The notes under the pieces: model-generated | What the model saw: only the letters and a program-made list of their open reading frames with translations | What the model was told of the DNA's origin: nothing | Database searches by the model: none | In this document: positions 28,082-38,296 of the stretch, piece by piece | How positions within the stretch are numbered: the first letter of the stretch is position 1 | Layout of the letters: each line of letters starts with the position of its first letter | Translations under genes and position numbers: made by a program | Assembly: GCA_963674705.1 (NCBI GenBank) | Contig: OY771506.1 | Coordinates: 1,536,001-1,600,000, forward strand | Length of the DNA: 64,000 nucleotides | Reading direction: 5' to 3' | DNA from: Phycisphaeraceae bacterium | Lineage (GTDB): Bacteria > Planctomycetota > Phycisphaerae > Phycisphaerales > Phycisphaeraceae

Positions 28082-30370
28082 ATGATGAATCCCGCTCGAT
28101 GGCTGGCCCTGTGCGCGGTCTGCTGCTTATTGTTTGCCTGTTCAACACCAACCGATGCCCGTGAATCGCAGGACGGGCCCGGGGCAAACAGCATCCCGGT
28201 GCATCCGTTATCCGGTCATGACGTTATTCGCAGTTGGGTAGTGTTGGGTCCATTTCCCAACCCTCAACTGGATGAACCCGACAGCCAAGGCGCGATGCAC
28301 GGCGGATTCAATAAGGATTACCTTGCAGAGATCGGTGGCGAAGCGTCGGCTCAGTTGATGAGTGGTTTGCGTGTGAAGTCGAATGCATCGGCGGATGGTT
28401 CCGGGCAGGTTACTGCTCAAATCGTCAACGCCCCCGCTTCCGGGGTTGTCGATCTCGATGCGATGTTCGGCGGGCAGGATTACCTCGTTGCGTATGCGTA
28501 TACGACTGTCGATTCAGATAAGAAACAAACCGTGAACTTCTTCTTCGGCTCGGATGACGGCGCGAAGGTCTGGGTGAACGGCGAGCTGGTGCATCAGATC
28601 TACATGGGCCGGGGATTGACGATCGGGGGCGATACGTTTGAAGCGGAGTTTAAGGAAGGCGTGAACACGATACTCGTGAAGGTCGCTGAGCGTTGGGGGG
28701 CGTGGGGCTTTGCGATGAGTATCGCGGATGAGCAAGGGATGCAGGTTATCCGAGCGGAGCAGGAAGCCAGGCAGTTGCGCGATGCGTTTAAGAACGCGCG
28801 CGTTGAACCGCCCTACTCTTTCATGATGGTGCCGGGCGATTTCCCGCAGCTTTCGTGGGATCAGCCGGAGGCGGTGAAGCAGGCGGTCGGCGGTGCGCTG
28901 CTGAAGGTGCGCTGGTTCGATGCTGAGTTGAACGAGGTGACGAAAGCAAAAGCTCCGGGTCGGTATGCGTTTGTCGCAGAAGCCACCAGCGGGGACGGCC
29001 GACACATCGAACGCGCCGGGACGGTGTATTGCATCGATCCATCATGGGCGATGTGGCGTGAAAGGCCGATGGGTCGGATCTCCGGTATCGCACCGCAATC
29101 TATCGCGCCTGAAACCTGGGAGCAGAACGGCGAAGCGGTGTCTTCATACCTGGGCCGCATGTTGGGCCAGATGATCGCGATGCATGAAGACGGGGCTATC
29201 CTCTTTTCATACCTGCATGACATGGAAGCCTCCGGTAAGGAGCCGACCAAGTCGGATACACCGTTAGCGCGTGAGCAGGATTACCAGATTGCCTTGCAGC
29301 GGAAGCTGCTGGGTGTTGAAGATAAATGGCCCGCAATCGCGCCGCCGCGCAAACTTGAAAAACCTGCACGTGTATTGCGTGAAGGGACACCCGAAGAAGC
29401 CGGTATGAAGCCGGACGTTGCCGAGCAACTTCACGCGGTATGTGAAGAATGGTACGAGCAGAGCGGCGAACCTTTTATCACGCTCGTTGCGCGTCATGGT
29501 GTGATCGTCTATCACGAAGCGGTCGGCGAAGGGCCTATGGGCAAGGTGACGCTGGATACGATGATGCCGCAGGCTTCGATCACCAAGGCGATCACCGGCA
29601 TGGTCTTTGCGCAGTTTGTCGATCAGGGATTGATCGGGATCGATGACGCGGTCGCGGATTATTTGCCGGGCTTCGATGCGAGCGGTGAGAAAGCGATCAC
29701 GATTCGGCAACTCTTCACGCACACGACCGGCCTTGAAGGTCACGGCGAATGGGGCGGCATCCATAACCCGCGCCTCGAAAACGTCATCGCCAGTTGTCCG
29801 GAAGACCTCAAACCCGGCAAGGTTCATATCTATAACGGCATGGGGTACGACCTTGCCGGCAAAGTGATATCGATGGTGGCGGGTAAAGGCATCATCCGCA
29901 TCCTGCGCGAGCAGTTGTTCGATCCGATCGGCGCGAAGAACACGTTTGTTGAAGAAGACCTCGGTTACAGTTGCAACACGACCGCCTACGACCTGGCGAT
30001 GTTCGGGCAGATGATGGCCAATCATGGATCGTACGGCGACCTGCAATTCTTCTCACCGCAGACGTTCGAGAAACTGCTGCCCGTGCCGTTGAATCAGTAC
30101 TATCCGGATATCCAGGTGGAATGGGGCATCGGTTTTACATGGATGCCGCAGGTCGATCCACGTGCGGGCAAGGACGGCATCCCCAACGGCGCGACGCTCT
30201 TAAGCGATCGGGTGATCGGCCACGGCTCGGCGACGTCGTGTGTGTTGCGTATCGATCTGGATAACGACCTGGTGATCACACAGGTGCGCCGGGGCGCCGG
30301 CGAGCATTACGATAAGTATCTCGCCGAGTTGATTCTTGCGGTCGATCAGTCGTTGATAAAGGATGAGTAG
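28082..30370 (+). CDS. Lipoprotein serine hydrolase (beta-lactamase family) with an N-terminal PA14-like domain
   Basis: Lipobox LFAC; GSDDGAKVWVNG; SxxK (ASITK), LFTHTTG, YNGMGY and GHG. Confidence 0.85.
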   Translation: MMNPARWLALCAVCCLLFACSTPTDARESQDGPGANSIPVHPLSGHDVIRSWVVLGPFPNPQLDEPDSQGAMHGGFNKDYLAEIGGEASAQLMSGLRVKSNASADGSGQVTAQIVNAPASGVVDLDAMFGGQDYLVAYAYTTVDSDKKQTVNFFFGSDDGAKVWVNGELVHQIYMGRGLTIGGDTFEAEFKEGVNTILVKVAERWGAWGFAMSIADEQGMQVIRAEQEARQLRDAFKNARVEPPYSFMMVPGDFPQLSWDQPEAVKQAVGGALLKVRWFDAELNEVTKAKAPGRYAFVAEATSGDGRHIERAGTVYCIDPSWAMWRERPMGRISGIAPQSIAPETWEQNGEAVSSYLGRMLGQMIAMHEDGAILFSYLHDMEASGKEPTKSDTPLAREQDYQIALQRKLLGVEDKWPAIAPPRKLEKPARVLREGTPEEAGMKPDVAEQLHAVCEEWYEQSGEPFITLVARHGVIVYHEAVGEGPMGKVTLDTMMPQASITKAITGMVFAQFVDQGLIGIDDAVADYLPGFDASGEKAITIRQLFTHTTGLEGHGEWGGIHNPRLENVIASCPEDLKPGKVHIYNGMGYDLAGKVISMVAGKGIIRILREQLFDPIGAKNTFVEEDLGYSCNTTAYDLAMFGQMMANHGSYGDLQFFSPQTFEKLLPVPLNQYYPDIQVEWGIGFTWMPQVDPRAGKDGIPNGATLLSDRVIGHGSATSCVLRIDLDNDLVITQVRRGAGEHYDKYLAELILAVDQSLIKDE

Positions 30371-30440
30371 GTAGGTCGTACTTTATATCAGTAGCGGGCG
30401 CCGGTTTTGAACGTGCGGCTTCGTGCTATTCACACATGGT

Positions 30441-31196
30441 TTAAGCTTCAAATGAACTCAACGAGATGATCGGCCGAAGCACCCCGCACATGCCAAGCGC
30501 CGACTCATCGCCGCGCCTGCTCAGTTTAACCTCAGGCTCAACGTTCGATTGATTGGGTAAGTTTTCAATGCGCCTGTGTGTCTTACGCGCCCAGGCCATC
30601 GGCCCGAGTTCCACATTGTTAAGAAGCTCCGGTGCAATCGCCCGCATTGCCCGGCAATGACAATTAAAAAAACGCCGCAGGTCTGCGAAGTAGGCATCAC
30701 GATCGTTATGCCAGAACTTCATAAGCTGCATATAGCCCTCGACCGCTTTGTCGCGCCGTTGTAGCGCACCTTCCAGACCGAGTTGTTTCGGCAGACCGAC
30801 GTACTTCGCGAATAATTCAGGATCGTCATCCACCATTTTGCCGAAGTAGATCCGCGCTTCGCCCGCTTCTGCCAAACCCGCGTTGCCCATCATGCCGAGG
30901 ATGATCAACTCACCATCCGAAATCAGCCTATGCATCACCAATGGTGGGAAGTGTACGTACTGGCCCGGCTCAAGCGAAAGCTTGCGGTAACCATGCTCCA
31001 GATCGTGAAACTCAACAGAGCCTGTACCTTGTAATACGAAGTAACCCTCATCCGTCACGGCATGCACGTGCGGACAGCCTGAATACAGCCCGTCCGGCGC
31101 TGCGTGCTGCGCATAGACCTGTACCTCGGTCAGGCCGATCCCGCCGATCAGCCCGATCGGTTCTTCGGGGTCAACTTTTGGTTGCGCCTCACTCAT
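30441..31196 (-). CDS. Cupin domain protein
   Basis: PHVHAVTDEGYFVLQG...FPPLVMHRLI. ATGA overlap with the upstream gene. Confidence 0.85.
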   Translation of the reverse strand: MSEAQPKVDPEEPIGLIGGIGLTEVQVYAQHAAPDGLYSGCPHVHAVTDEGYFVLQGTGSVEFHDLEHGYRKLSLEPGQYVHFPPLVMHRLISDGELIILGMMGNAGLAEAGEARIYFGKMVDDDPELFAKYVGLPKQLGLEGALQRRDKAVEGYMQLMKFWHNDRDAYFADLRRFFNCHCRAMRAIAPELLNNVELGPMAWARKTHRRIENLPNQSNVEPEVKLSRRGDESALGMCGVLRPIISLSSFEA

Positions 31197-32230
31197 GCAT
31201 CCAGTTCCTCGCGCGTGCATGTTCGGCCGCTCTGGATCGATCGCACCATCATCTCGCACGCAGCCATCGTCTCCAGGTTGTTCCGGACGCTGATGCCCGG
31301 TTCGATGCCTTGCGTGATATACGCATGGAAGTCGCGCAGCATGTCGGACTCGCCATGCGCCTCAACATCGGGCACGTTCACGATCGGCCGGGTGCCGAAC
31401 TGTTCGAGCGGGCGTTCGTTAAATGTTGTGCCGGTTTCGTTGTGGATCAGCGCGCCACGTTCGCCGTGGATCTGCACTTCAAACGTCGCACGCGCGGCAT
31501 CATGAGTGTGGATGTAGTGGCAACGCGCGCCTGTATTGAATGCGATCTGTGCCGAAGTGTTGTTGTCGTACGGGTAAGCCGACCAGTTCGCCGCCCAGCC
31601 GAACGCCGCCATCTCTTTCATCGACCCTATCCAAGACATGAGGTTGTCGAAGTGATGGCAGGACATATCCCAGACCGATGCGAAAGGATACGTCAGCGTG
31701 CGCGGGTTCGGCCGAACGCGGTTCTGTGTGTACATGACCAGGTGCACCTCGCCGGGATGCGCCGGGTTGTCCGGGTCCTTGATCGCCTCTGCGAGCGTGC
31801 GCTCGATCGGGTTATACCGGTAGTTCTGCGCAACACATGCGACCGCATTGTTTTCTTTAACAGTTGCTGCAAGCTGCTGTGCGCTTTGCCAGTCGGGCGC
31901 CATCCCTTTTTCGACCAGCACGGGCAGGCCCGCTTTGATCGCTCTGGTTGCCAACTCCACATGCAGCATGGTCGGCGCACAGATAATCACGCAGTCCACT
32001 TCGGCTTCCTTGAGCGCTTTGTCGTAATCCGTTCCACAAGCCGATTCGGGCAGGTGCGTAATTTCGCGCGCTTTGGCTAGCGCCTCTTCGCTGACATCAC
32101 ATAAGTATGCAGGCGCAAAACCCGTATCCTTATTACAGTGGTCAAGCGGCCAGACGCCACGGTTCGCTACGCCCACGTGCAGCACACGCAGGATTTTCTT
32201 ATTGGTTGTTGATCCGGTCGGTGTGCTCAT
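31193..32230 (-). CDS. Gfo/Idh/MocA family oxidoreductase
   Basis: LCDV, DCVIICAPTMLH, GLPVLVEKG, QNYRY and DMSCHHFD. Confidence 0.88.
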   Translation of the reverse strand: MSTPTGSTTNKKILRVLHVGVANRGVWPLDHCNKDTGFAPAYLCDVSEEALAKAREITHLPESACGTDYDKALKEAEVDCVIICAPTMLHVELATRAIKAGLPVLVEKGMAPDWQSAQQLAATVKENNAVACVAQNYRYNPIERTLAEAIKDPDNPAHPGEVHLVMYTQNRVRPNPRTLTYPFASVWDMSCHHFDNLMSWIGSMKEMAAFGWAANWSAYPYDNNTSAQIAFNTGARCHYIHTHDAARATFEVQIHGERGALIHNETGTTFNERPLEQFGTRPIVNVPDVEAHGESDMLRDFHAYITQGIEPGISVRNNLETMAACEMMVRSIQSGRTCTREELDA

Positions 32231-32237
32231 CACGATC

Positions 32238-33116
32238 TCACTTGCTTTCACGGTAGCGGTTGGCGATGTCTGCGAATTCGTCGGCGTCCCACACGCCGTC
32301 ACGGTAACACACAAGATACTTGAATCTCAGCGTTTCGCCTTCCTCCACCGCCATCGCCTCGTGGAAAAGGAACGCGGCATTAATGTAATTCATTGCCGGG
32401 CCATGCTTGGCGTACCACGGGCTGGGGCTGCGCGGGTTATCCGGATGATCGATCATCGCGAAGCCGATCTTCTGCTCGCTCCCGCCATCCACATCACCCT
32501 GCATCAATAGCCAGTCATAGCTTTCGCCAGCCAAGCCTTCGGCCGTCCCGCCGCCGGGTAATGTGAAAGCGAGGTTGTGCATCTCGCGCGAACCCCGCAG
32601 CGACAATCCGCCGTAACCGCCCCACGTCGTGTAAGGCGTGCGGTCGAGCTTCAAATCCTGCGTGGGCGTCAGCTCTGCTTCCCATTCGATGCTGCGTGTG
32701 TTGTCATCATGAGCCCGGAAAGTCAGCACGCGCATCTCTCGGATCGCCAAACCCGTCGGCCCGGATTCCCAGCGTACGGGATGTGCGATCCGCACGGTAT
32801 TGACATCAATCACTTCACACTTTGGCTCCGCATCATTGACATGGATGCCGTAGGGCTCGTGCTCCTCCCAGAAGTTTGTTTCGTTCAGATACTTGATCGT
32901 AAACCATAATCCGCGGTGCCAGACGTGGTCGGACATTTCAAACCCGCTTAAGCAATGCCCGGCCGGCGTTGATAGCGGGTGCACGCATGCCTTGGGCAGC
33001 TCACTGTTATACCGATAGCAACTGGCGACACGATCCTTCGCGTGCAATACCTCGGCACGATCATTGAACTGCTGATAAATAGACGGGCCGGTCTGCGTGG
33101 ACTTGTTACAGAGCAT
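32238..33116 (-). CDS. 'PmoA family' (DUF6807-like) protein of sugar loci; not a methane monooxygenase
   Basis: HPLSTPAG, DHVWHRGLWF, NFW, GYGGLSLR and DHPDNPR. Confidence 0.8.
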   Translation of the reverse strand: MLCNKSTQTGPSIYQQFNDRAEVLHAKDRVASCYRYNSELPKACVHPLSTPAGHCLSGFEMSDHVWHRGLWFTIKYLNETNFWEEHEPYGIHVNDAEPKCEVIDVNTVRIAHPVRWESGPTGLAIREMRVLTFRAHDDNTRSIEWEAELTPTQDLKLDRTPYTTWGGYGGLSLRGSREMHNLAFTLPGGGTAEGLAGESYDWLLMQGDVDGGSEQKIGFAMIDHPDNPRSPSPWYAKHGPAMNYINAAFLFHEAMAVEEGETLRFKYLVCYRDGVWDADEFADIANRYRESK

Positions 33117-33294
33117 GATTAGCCTTTGGCGGGTTGGGGAATAGAGATCAGGGATTTTATTCAGGATATTGCCAACGGTTTGGAGGTTGCGCAGATACTG
33201 CCGGGCCTGGTTCTTCCTGCATCGATAGGATTATTGTCACTATTCGCGGGTAGTATCGGCTGCTTATTAAGATGTGCGATATCGGGCTGCATAC

Positions 33295-34215
33295 TTATTG
33301 CTTCACCGCTCCGCTTGTCAGGCCGCTGATAAATTCACGTTGCAGCGCAAGGAACAGAATCGCCGGCGGGATGATCGCAACCAGCGTCCCCGCCAGAAAC
33401 ACACCATACTGCTGCGCGTATTCACCGATGTATTGATTGAGCACGACCGGCAACGTCAGCTTTTCCTGGCTCTGCAAAAAGATGTTCGGCGCGAGGAACG
33501 AATTCCACTGCGCTAAAAACGTAATCAGGCAAAACGCCCCCGTCATCGGCCGAACCAACGGCATCGCAAGCTGCAGATAGATCCGAAACTCGCTGCACCC
33601 ATCGATCCGCCCGGCCTCGATCAGGTCCGCAGGCACATTCAACAGCGCCTGCCTGAACAAAAAGATCCCAAACGCCGACGCCGCCCCAGGCACGATCAAC
33701 GCCCTGTACTTATCCATCCAGCCAAGTTGATAGATAATTTCAAAGTTCGGAGCAAGCAGCACGACGCCGGGGATCGTCAGCGATGCGAGCATAAACCCGA
33801 GGATGGCGTGCCTGCCTCTAAATCGATACTTCGCCAGCGCGTAACCGCCCATCGAGCAGAACACCATCGAGATAAACGTCGTCGTGCTCGCCAGGAAAAG
33901 CGAGTTGGCGAAGTACCGCCAGAAACTCACCTTGCCCGATACCGTCTGTTTGGCGCTGAACAGTTCGATGAAGTTATCGAGGTTGACCGTTTCAGGCGAC
34001 AGCCGATCGATCGATGGTAGGAACATGTACTCATTGAGCACGGTCTTGTCTTTGAACGCAGCGCAGAAAAGCCAGACGAACGGCAATGTCATAATGATGG
34101 CCGCAAGGATCAGCCCGGCCCAGCGTGCATACGTCCAGCCCCACTTACGACGTACAAGCCACATGATGGGGAACACCGTCGCGATGATCAGCAATACGAT
34201 TTGCAGTGCGTTCAT
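33295..34215 (-). CDS. Carbohydrate ABC transporter permease (MalG-like)
   Basis: EAA loop LIEAGRIDGCSE; GYALAK; WNSFL. Confidence 0.93.
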   Translation of the reverse strand: MNALQIVLLIIATVFPIMWLVRRKWGWTYARWAGLILAAIIMTLPFVWLFCAAFKDKTVLNEYMFLPSIDRLSPETVNLDNFIELFSAKQTVSGKVSFWRYFANSLFLASTTTFISMVFCSMGGYALAKYRFRGRHAILGFMLASLTIPGVVLLAPNFEIIYQLGWMDKYRALIVPGAASAFGIFLFRQALLNVPADLIEAGRIDGCSEFRIYLQLAMPLVRPMTGAFCLITFLAQWNSFLAPNIFLQSQEKLTLPVVLNQYIGEYAQQYGVFLAGTLVAIIPPAILFLALQREFISGLTSGAVKQ

Positions 34216-35168
34216 CCATCGTTCTCCATCGTGCCCGAAAGCTTGATCTGGATCAGGCTGATCGTGAGGATGATGAGCGTAAGCAGCCAGCCTACTGCCG
34301 CGGCTGTGCCGAGGTCGCCGTTTTCAAACGCGTTTGAATAGAGGTAGCCCACGATCGTCAGCCCGCTGTTCTTCGGGCCGTAACCTTGCAGCAAAACGTA
34401 AGGCAACTCAAACAACTGGAACGAACCGATCGAGCTGACGACAACGACAAACGTCGCCACGGGCGTCACGGCCGGCCGCGTCACGTTCCAAAACACACCC
34501 CAGGGCCCGGCCCCATCGATCCACGCAGCCTCAACCAAATCACGGCTCACGTTCTGCAGCGCCGCCAGGAAGTAGATCATGTTGAACCCGACATAAAGCC
34601 AAAGCGCCGCGATGACGACAGCCGGCATCACCCAACGCGGGTCGGTCAACCAACGCTGTTCGAGCCCGAAACCCGTCAGTATATGCACAATGCGGTTGAA
34701 CAAACCGTAGCGCGGCGTAAACAGCATCGTAAAAAGGATCGCGACAAATACCTGCCCGACCAGGTTCGGCGCAAAGATCGCAAGACGGAAGAAACCCTTG
34801 AGCCTGCTCTTGCCGGAATTGAGCAGCATCGCCAGGCCGAAGCTTAGCGGCAACTGGATAAGCAGCGAACAGACCGCGAAGAAGGCGGTGTTGTACAAAG
34901 CCCGATGGAAGTCCGGATCGGCCAGAACAAACGCGAAGTTGTCCAACCCAACGAAACGCCGAACGCCCGGGCCGCTGGTCATGTGGAACGACAGGATCGT
35001 GGCATAAAGAAGCGGATACAGAAAGAACACAAAAGTCACAAGGAAGTACGGCAACAGGAAACTATAAGGCGTAATCGCCTTGCGAAACTTGTATCGCCGC
35101 GCGCCGGCCGACGGCTTCGCGGCAAGCACGCCGGAAGCGACGGCCTGAGGTGTCTGGACCTGGCTCAT
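34212..35168 (-). CDS. Carbohydrate ABC transporter permease (MalF-like)
   Basis: FVGLDNF, LAALQNV, VEAAWIDGAG and FQLFE. Confidence 0.93.
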   Translation of the reverse strand: MSQVQTPQAVASGVLAAKPSAGARRYKFRKAITPYSFLLPYFLVTFVFFLYPLLYATILSFHMTSGPGVRRFVGLDNFAFVLADPDFHRALYNTAFFAVCSLLIQLPLSFGLAMLLNSGKSRLKGFFRLAIFAPNLVGQVFVAILFTMLFTPRYGLFNRIVHILTGFGLEQRWLTDPRWVMPAVVIAALWLYVGFNMIYFLAALQNVSRDLVEAAWIDGAGPWGVFWNVTRPAVTPVATFVVVVSSIGSFQLFELPYVLLQGYGPKNSGLTIVGYLYSNAFENGDLGTAAAVGWLLTLIILTISLIQIKLSGTMENDG

Positions 35169-36562
35169 GACCCGCCCCCTTCCTGATCTGACTCACCCGT
35201 ATCCACTTGAAGAAAGATGTTCCGGGCCATGACTTCACGCGTCCGATCCGCTACCCGCTTGATTTCTTTTTCGGTGTATTCCCGCAGGCCGACTTCGCCG
35301 TGCTCCCGGTGATACAGTGATACATTGGCAAACGCCTCGGATAACCGGTTGACCGCCATCTTCATGTACGCGTTGGATTGTTCCTCGGGCACCTGCGGCG
35401 CAAGGTCGGCATACATCCGCCCGATACGCTGATCGCTGAAGTATGGATTAGGCTTATCAAACGACGGCTCGTTCCACGCACTGCGCAACGGCGAAATAAT
35501 CTGCGTCTGCTCGAAGCGTCGGCCCTGCTCTTTCCTATTAAAGTACAGATGCATCGCCAGCTCCCAAGCAAGCTCGACGTCTTTACATTGCTCGGTAATC
35601 GCTAGCCCCGTCCCGCCCCACGTGCTCGTACGTGATCCACCTTCTTCCCACGCAGGCAACGGCATCAACGCCATCTTCCCTTCAAGCTGCGGCACATCCA
35701 TCTGGAACTGCCGCGTCCGCCAGTCAGGACACATATAAAATAGACACAACCCATCCAGCATCGATCGCGCCAGGTTCTGCCCCCACCCGGCATCGAAGGC
35801 AATCCGGTCTTGTCCCTGCACCTGCTTCAGATACCAAAGGAACACCTCGACCGTGCGCTCATCATCAAATGCAATATCACCTTGCTCATCAAACAACTGT
35901 CCGCCGCGTTGTAACAGCAACAGCCGCAGCGCATCGCCGCCCTGGATCGGCAAGTTGATCATGTAGCGATCGGGCACACCGTCGCCGTTAAGATCCTTCG
36001 TCGCAACCTCCCGCCCGACACGGGCAAACTCATCCCAGGTCGTGAGCTTGTCGACATCGATGCCCAGTTCCTCGACCAGGTCTCGCCGGTACGCCAGCAT
36101 GACGGGGTGCAGGTCGTGCGGCAGGGCGAAGATGTGTCCGCGATCCGTCCACTTGCCGAACCGGCTTGTGACGACGTTATCGATCAGGCCCGTATCGTTG
36201 ACGCGCTTAGTCAGGTCGACAAAGCGAACTTCTTCGATCGGCCCCTTGGTGAAGACACCGAGTGTGTCGTACATCAACTCGACCATGTCCGGCACATCCG
36301 CACCGACCTGCAAAGCGGCCTGGAGCCGGCTCTGCAAGGCACGCTGTTCGACGACCTGGATCTGGATGCGAACATCGTGATCCTTCTCGAACTGCTCGAT
36401 GACCGGGACGTAAGCGTCGGCGTGTTCCTTAACGAACGTAGCGAAGACCAGATCGGGTTGTGGGCCGGACTGTCGGAGTAATGCATCGTAGCCCACAACC
36501 GCACCGGCAATGAGGGCGAGGATGAGGATCGCCAGGGGTGCTTGGCCGTAGGGGAAGTTCAT
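35165..36562 (-). CDS. Sugar ABC transporter solute-binding protein
   Basis: N-terminal membrane anchor, VPDMV, FALPHD, YRRDL, TWDEF and WGGTGLAI. The ATG at 36562 follows ggag. Confidence 0.88.
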   Translation of the reverse strand: MNFPYGQAPLAILILALIAGAVVGYDALLRQSGPQPDLVFATFVKEHADAYVPVIEQFEKDHDVRIQIQVVEQRALQSRLQAALQVGADVPDMVELMYDTLGVFTKGPIEEVRFVDLTKRVNDTGLIDNVVTSRFGKWTDRGHIFALPHDLHPVMLAYRRDLVEELGIDVDKLTTWDEFARVGREVATKDLNGDGVPDRYMINLPIQGGDALRLLLLQRGGQLFDEQGDIAFDDERTVEVFLWYLKQVQGQDRIAFDAGWGQNLARSMLDGLCLFYMCPDWRTRQFQMDVPQLEGKMALMPLPAWEEGGSRTSTWGGTGLAITEQCKDVELAWELAMHLYFNRKEQGRRFEQTQIISPLRSAWNEPSFDKPNPYFSDQRIGRMYADLAPQVPEEQSNAYMKMAVNRLSEAFANVSLYHREHGEVGLREYTEKEIKRVADRTREVMARNIFLQVDTGESDQEGGGS

Positions 36563-36646
36563 GAGATCGATCACTCCAAGACGATGGCCGAATGATGGTA
36601 CGGGTATTGTCATCCAATTCGGCGGCGCCAGCGCATCCTACACAAA

Positions 36647-36660
36647 GTAAAACGTTTTTT
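36647..36660. promoter_or_regulatory. LacI-type operator
   Basis: gtaaaacgtttttt upstream of the ABC operon. Confidence 0.7.
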
Positions 36661-36836
36661 AAAGGCTATTGGCCTATTATTCGGCTTTGGCAGACAATCG
36701 AATCTTGCCTGGTGAAGTAGAGAACCCGATCTGACAGGCATTCAAAAAGAATAGCACGCCCGAAAAGCGTGGAATATCCGACGAAAAAGACTGAAAGGCG
36801 TTGCGAATCTGGCGGCGATGGGCTAAACTTGCGTTG

Positions 36837-36850
36837 GTAAATCGTTTTTC
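36837..36850. promoter_or_regulatory. LacI-type operator
   Basis: gtaaatcgtttttc upstream of the GH10 gene. Confidence 0.6.
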
Positions 36851-36909
36851 ATACTGTAAATTACGCCGAGTCACAGCTTGCACGCGACCCCACTCGGCAC
36901 AGGTTGTTT

Positions 36910-38046
36910 ATGGATCAGTCACTAGAAACATCTGACGGCCCGCCCCAGGCGATCCAAACTCCCGCCAAATCCAAGCTGGGCAACCGTTTAACTAAACCGG
37001 TCGCGGTAGAGTTGCCTCTGCGTGATCCCGGCCACGGCCTGAAGGTGGGCTGCGCGATCGACAGTGTCAAGCCGGGCCAGATCAACCCAGCCGAGTTGGC
37101 GCTGCTCCGTCGGCATTTTGATGTGCTGACGCCCGAAAACAGTATGAAACCCGCCCTGATCCAGCCGGAAGAGGGACGATTCGAGTTCACCAAGGCCGAT
37201 GAGCTGCTCGACTTCGCTCAGGCCAACAACCTGGAAGTGGTAGGCCATTGCCTGGTCTGGCACCAGCAGTGCCCGCAGTGGTTCTTCCGTGATGGCGACG
37301 CCCCGGCCGGCCGCGAACTATTGCTCAAGCGGATGCGCGAACACATCAAAGCCGTCGTCAGCCGATACCGGGGCCGGGTCTTGGGATGGGACGTCGTCAA
37401 CGAAGCCATCGACGATAAGGACGGCCAATACAAGCAAACCCCCTGGATCGAACTGGCCGGCGAAGGTTTTATCGAACAGGCGTTCATCGCTGCCCATGAG
37501 GCGGACCCGTCGGCCGAACTTTATTACAACGACTACAACATCGAAAAAACCGAAAAACGCGAAAAAACCCTGCATTTATTGCGAAAACTCCAGCTGGCGA
37601 ACATCAAACTCGATGGCGTCGGCATCCAGGGCCACTGGATCCTCGACCAGGTACCTTACGACGAAATCGAAGCGGCGATCCTGGCGTACAACGGACTCGG
37701 TTTGAAAGTGATGTTCACCGAGTTGGATATTGATGTCATTGATCGGCCGGACTGCTCCGCGGATGTTTCGCTGCACGCCGAGTACACGCTCGAGCAGGAC
37801 CTCTATCGTGACGGTTGTCCGCCGGAGGTGCTCGAACGCCAGGCCGAGCAATACGCCAGGCTGTTCGAGTTGCTTCACCGCCACCGCGACAAGGTCAGCC
37901 GCGTCAGCTTCTGGGGTCTGCACGATGGGCGAAGCTGGCTTAACGAGTGGCCGGGCCAGCGAACGAACCACCCGCTTTTGTTCGACCGTGATTGCCGACC
38001 GAAACCGGCCTACCGGCGGGTCATCCAACTGCTGCGGGGCCGTTAA
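36910..38046 (+). CDS. GH10 endo-1,4-beta-xylanase without an evident signal peptide
   Basis: TPENSMK, GHCLVWH, WDVVNEA (acid/base), YYNDYN, GIQGH and FTELDI (nucleophile). Confidence 0.92.
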   Translation: MDQSLETSDGPPQAIQTPAKSKLGNRLTKPVAVELPLRDPGHGLKVGCAIDSVKPGQINPAELALLRRHFDVLTPENSMKPALIQPEEGRFEFTKADELLDFAQANNLEVVGHCLVWHQQCPQWFFRDGDAPAGRELLLKRMREHIKAVVSRYRGRVLGWDVVNEAIDDKDGQYKQTPWIELAGEGFIEQAFIAAHEADPSAELYYNDYNIEKTEKREKTLHLLRKLQLANIKLDGVGIQGHWILDQVPYDEIEAAILAYNGLGLKVMFTELDIDVIDRPDCSADVSLHAEYTLEQDLYRDGCPPEVLERQAEQYARLFELLHRHRDKVSRVSFWGLHDGRSWLNEWPGQRTNHPLLFDRDCRPKPAYRRVIQLLRGR

Positions 38047-38097
38047 TTCAGTCAAAGTCTGCGGTTAAGCTGCAGTGAAACAACATTTTTCGTCTTA

Positions 38098-38140
38098 ATA
38101 AAACGTTTTTTCTTGACACAATCATGAATCGTGATACATT
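38098..38140 (+). promoter_or_regulatory. LacI-type operator adjoining a sigma70-like promoter
   Basis: ataaaacgtttttt immediately before TTGACA(38113)-N16-TACATT. Confidence 0.7.
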
Positions 38141-38206
38141 TTATCAGGCGTCATGCCGCCATTTGGAGAAGCCGTTCCCATCAAACATGATGTGCGCTTG
38201 AAATCG

Positions 38207-38220
38207 AGTAAACGTTTTAT
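38207..38220. promoter_or_regulatory. LacI-type operator (second site)
   Basis: agtaaacgttttat. Confidence 0.6.
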
Positions 38221-38296
38221 TATTTGGTGGCGTAAACGTAAAGTAGCATCGACCTTTCGAGACATCTGTGGTCAATCACATCAGGAGGAGAGTTAA

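Noticed and set aside
28082..30370. Antibiotic-resistance beta-lactamase
   Set aside because: It has only the generic SxxK fold, and the architecture is unlike class A/C/D resistance enzymes.
30941..32080. Long alternative or antisense ORFs (also 9154-10035, 17304-18092, 48541-49314 and others)
   Set aside because: These are shadows of well-supported genes in GC-rich DNA and carry no motifs.
32238..33116. Particulate methane monooxygenase
   Set aside because: This is a soluble protein in a sugar operon with no pmoCAB; the family name is a misnomer.
33295..36562. Missing ABC ATPase as a novelty
   Set aside because: Sugar ABC systems commonly share an ATPase encoded elsewhere.
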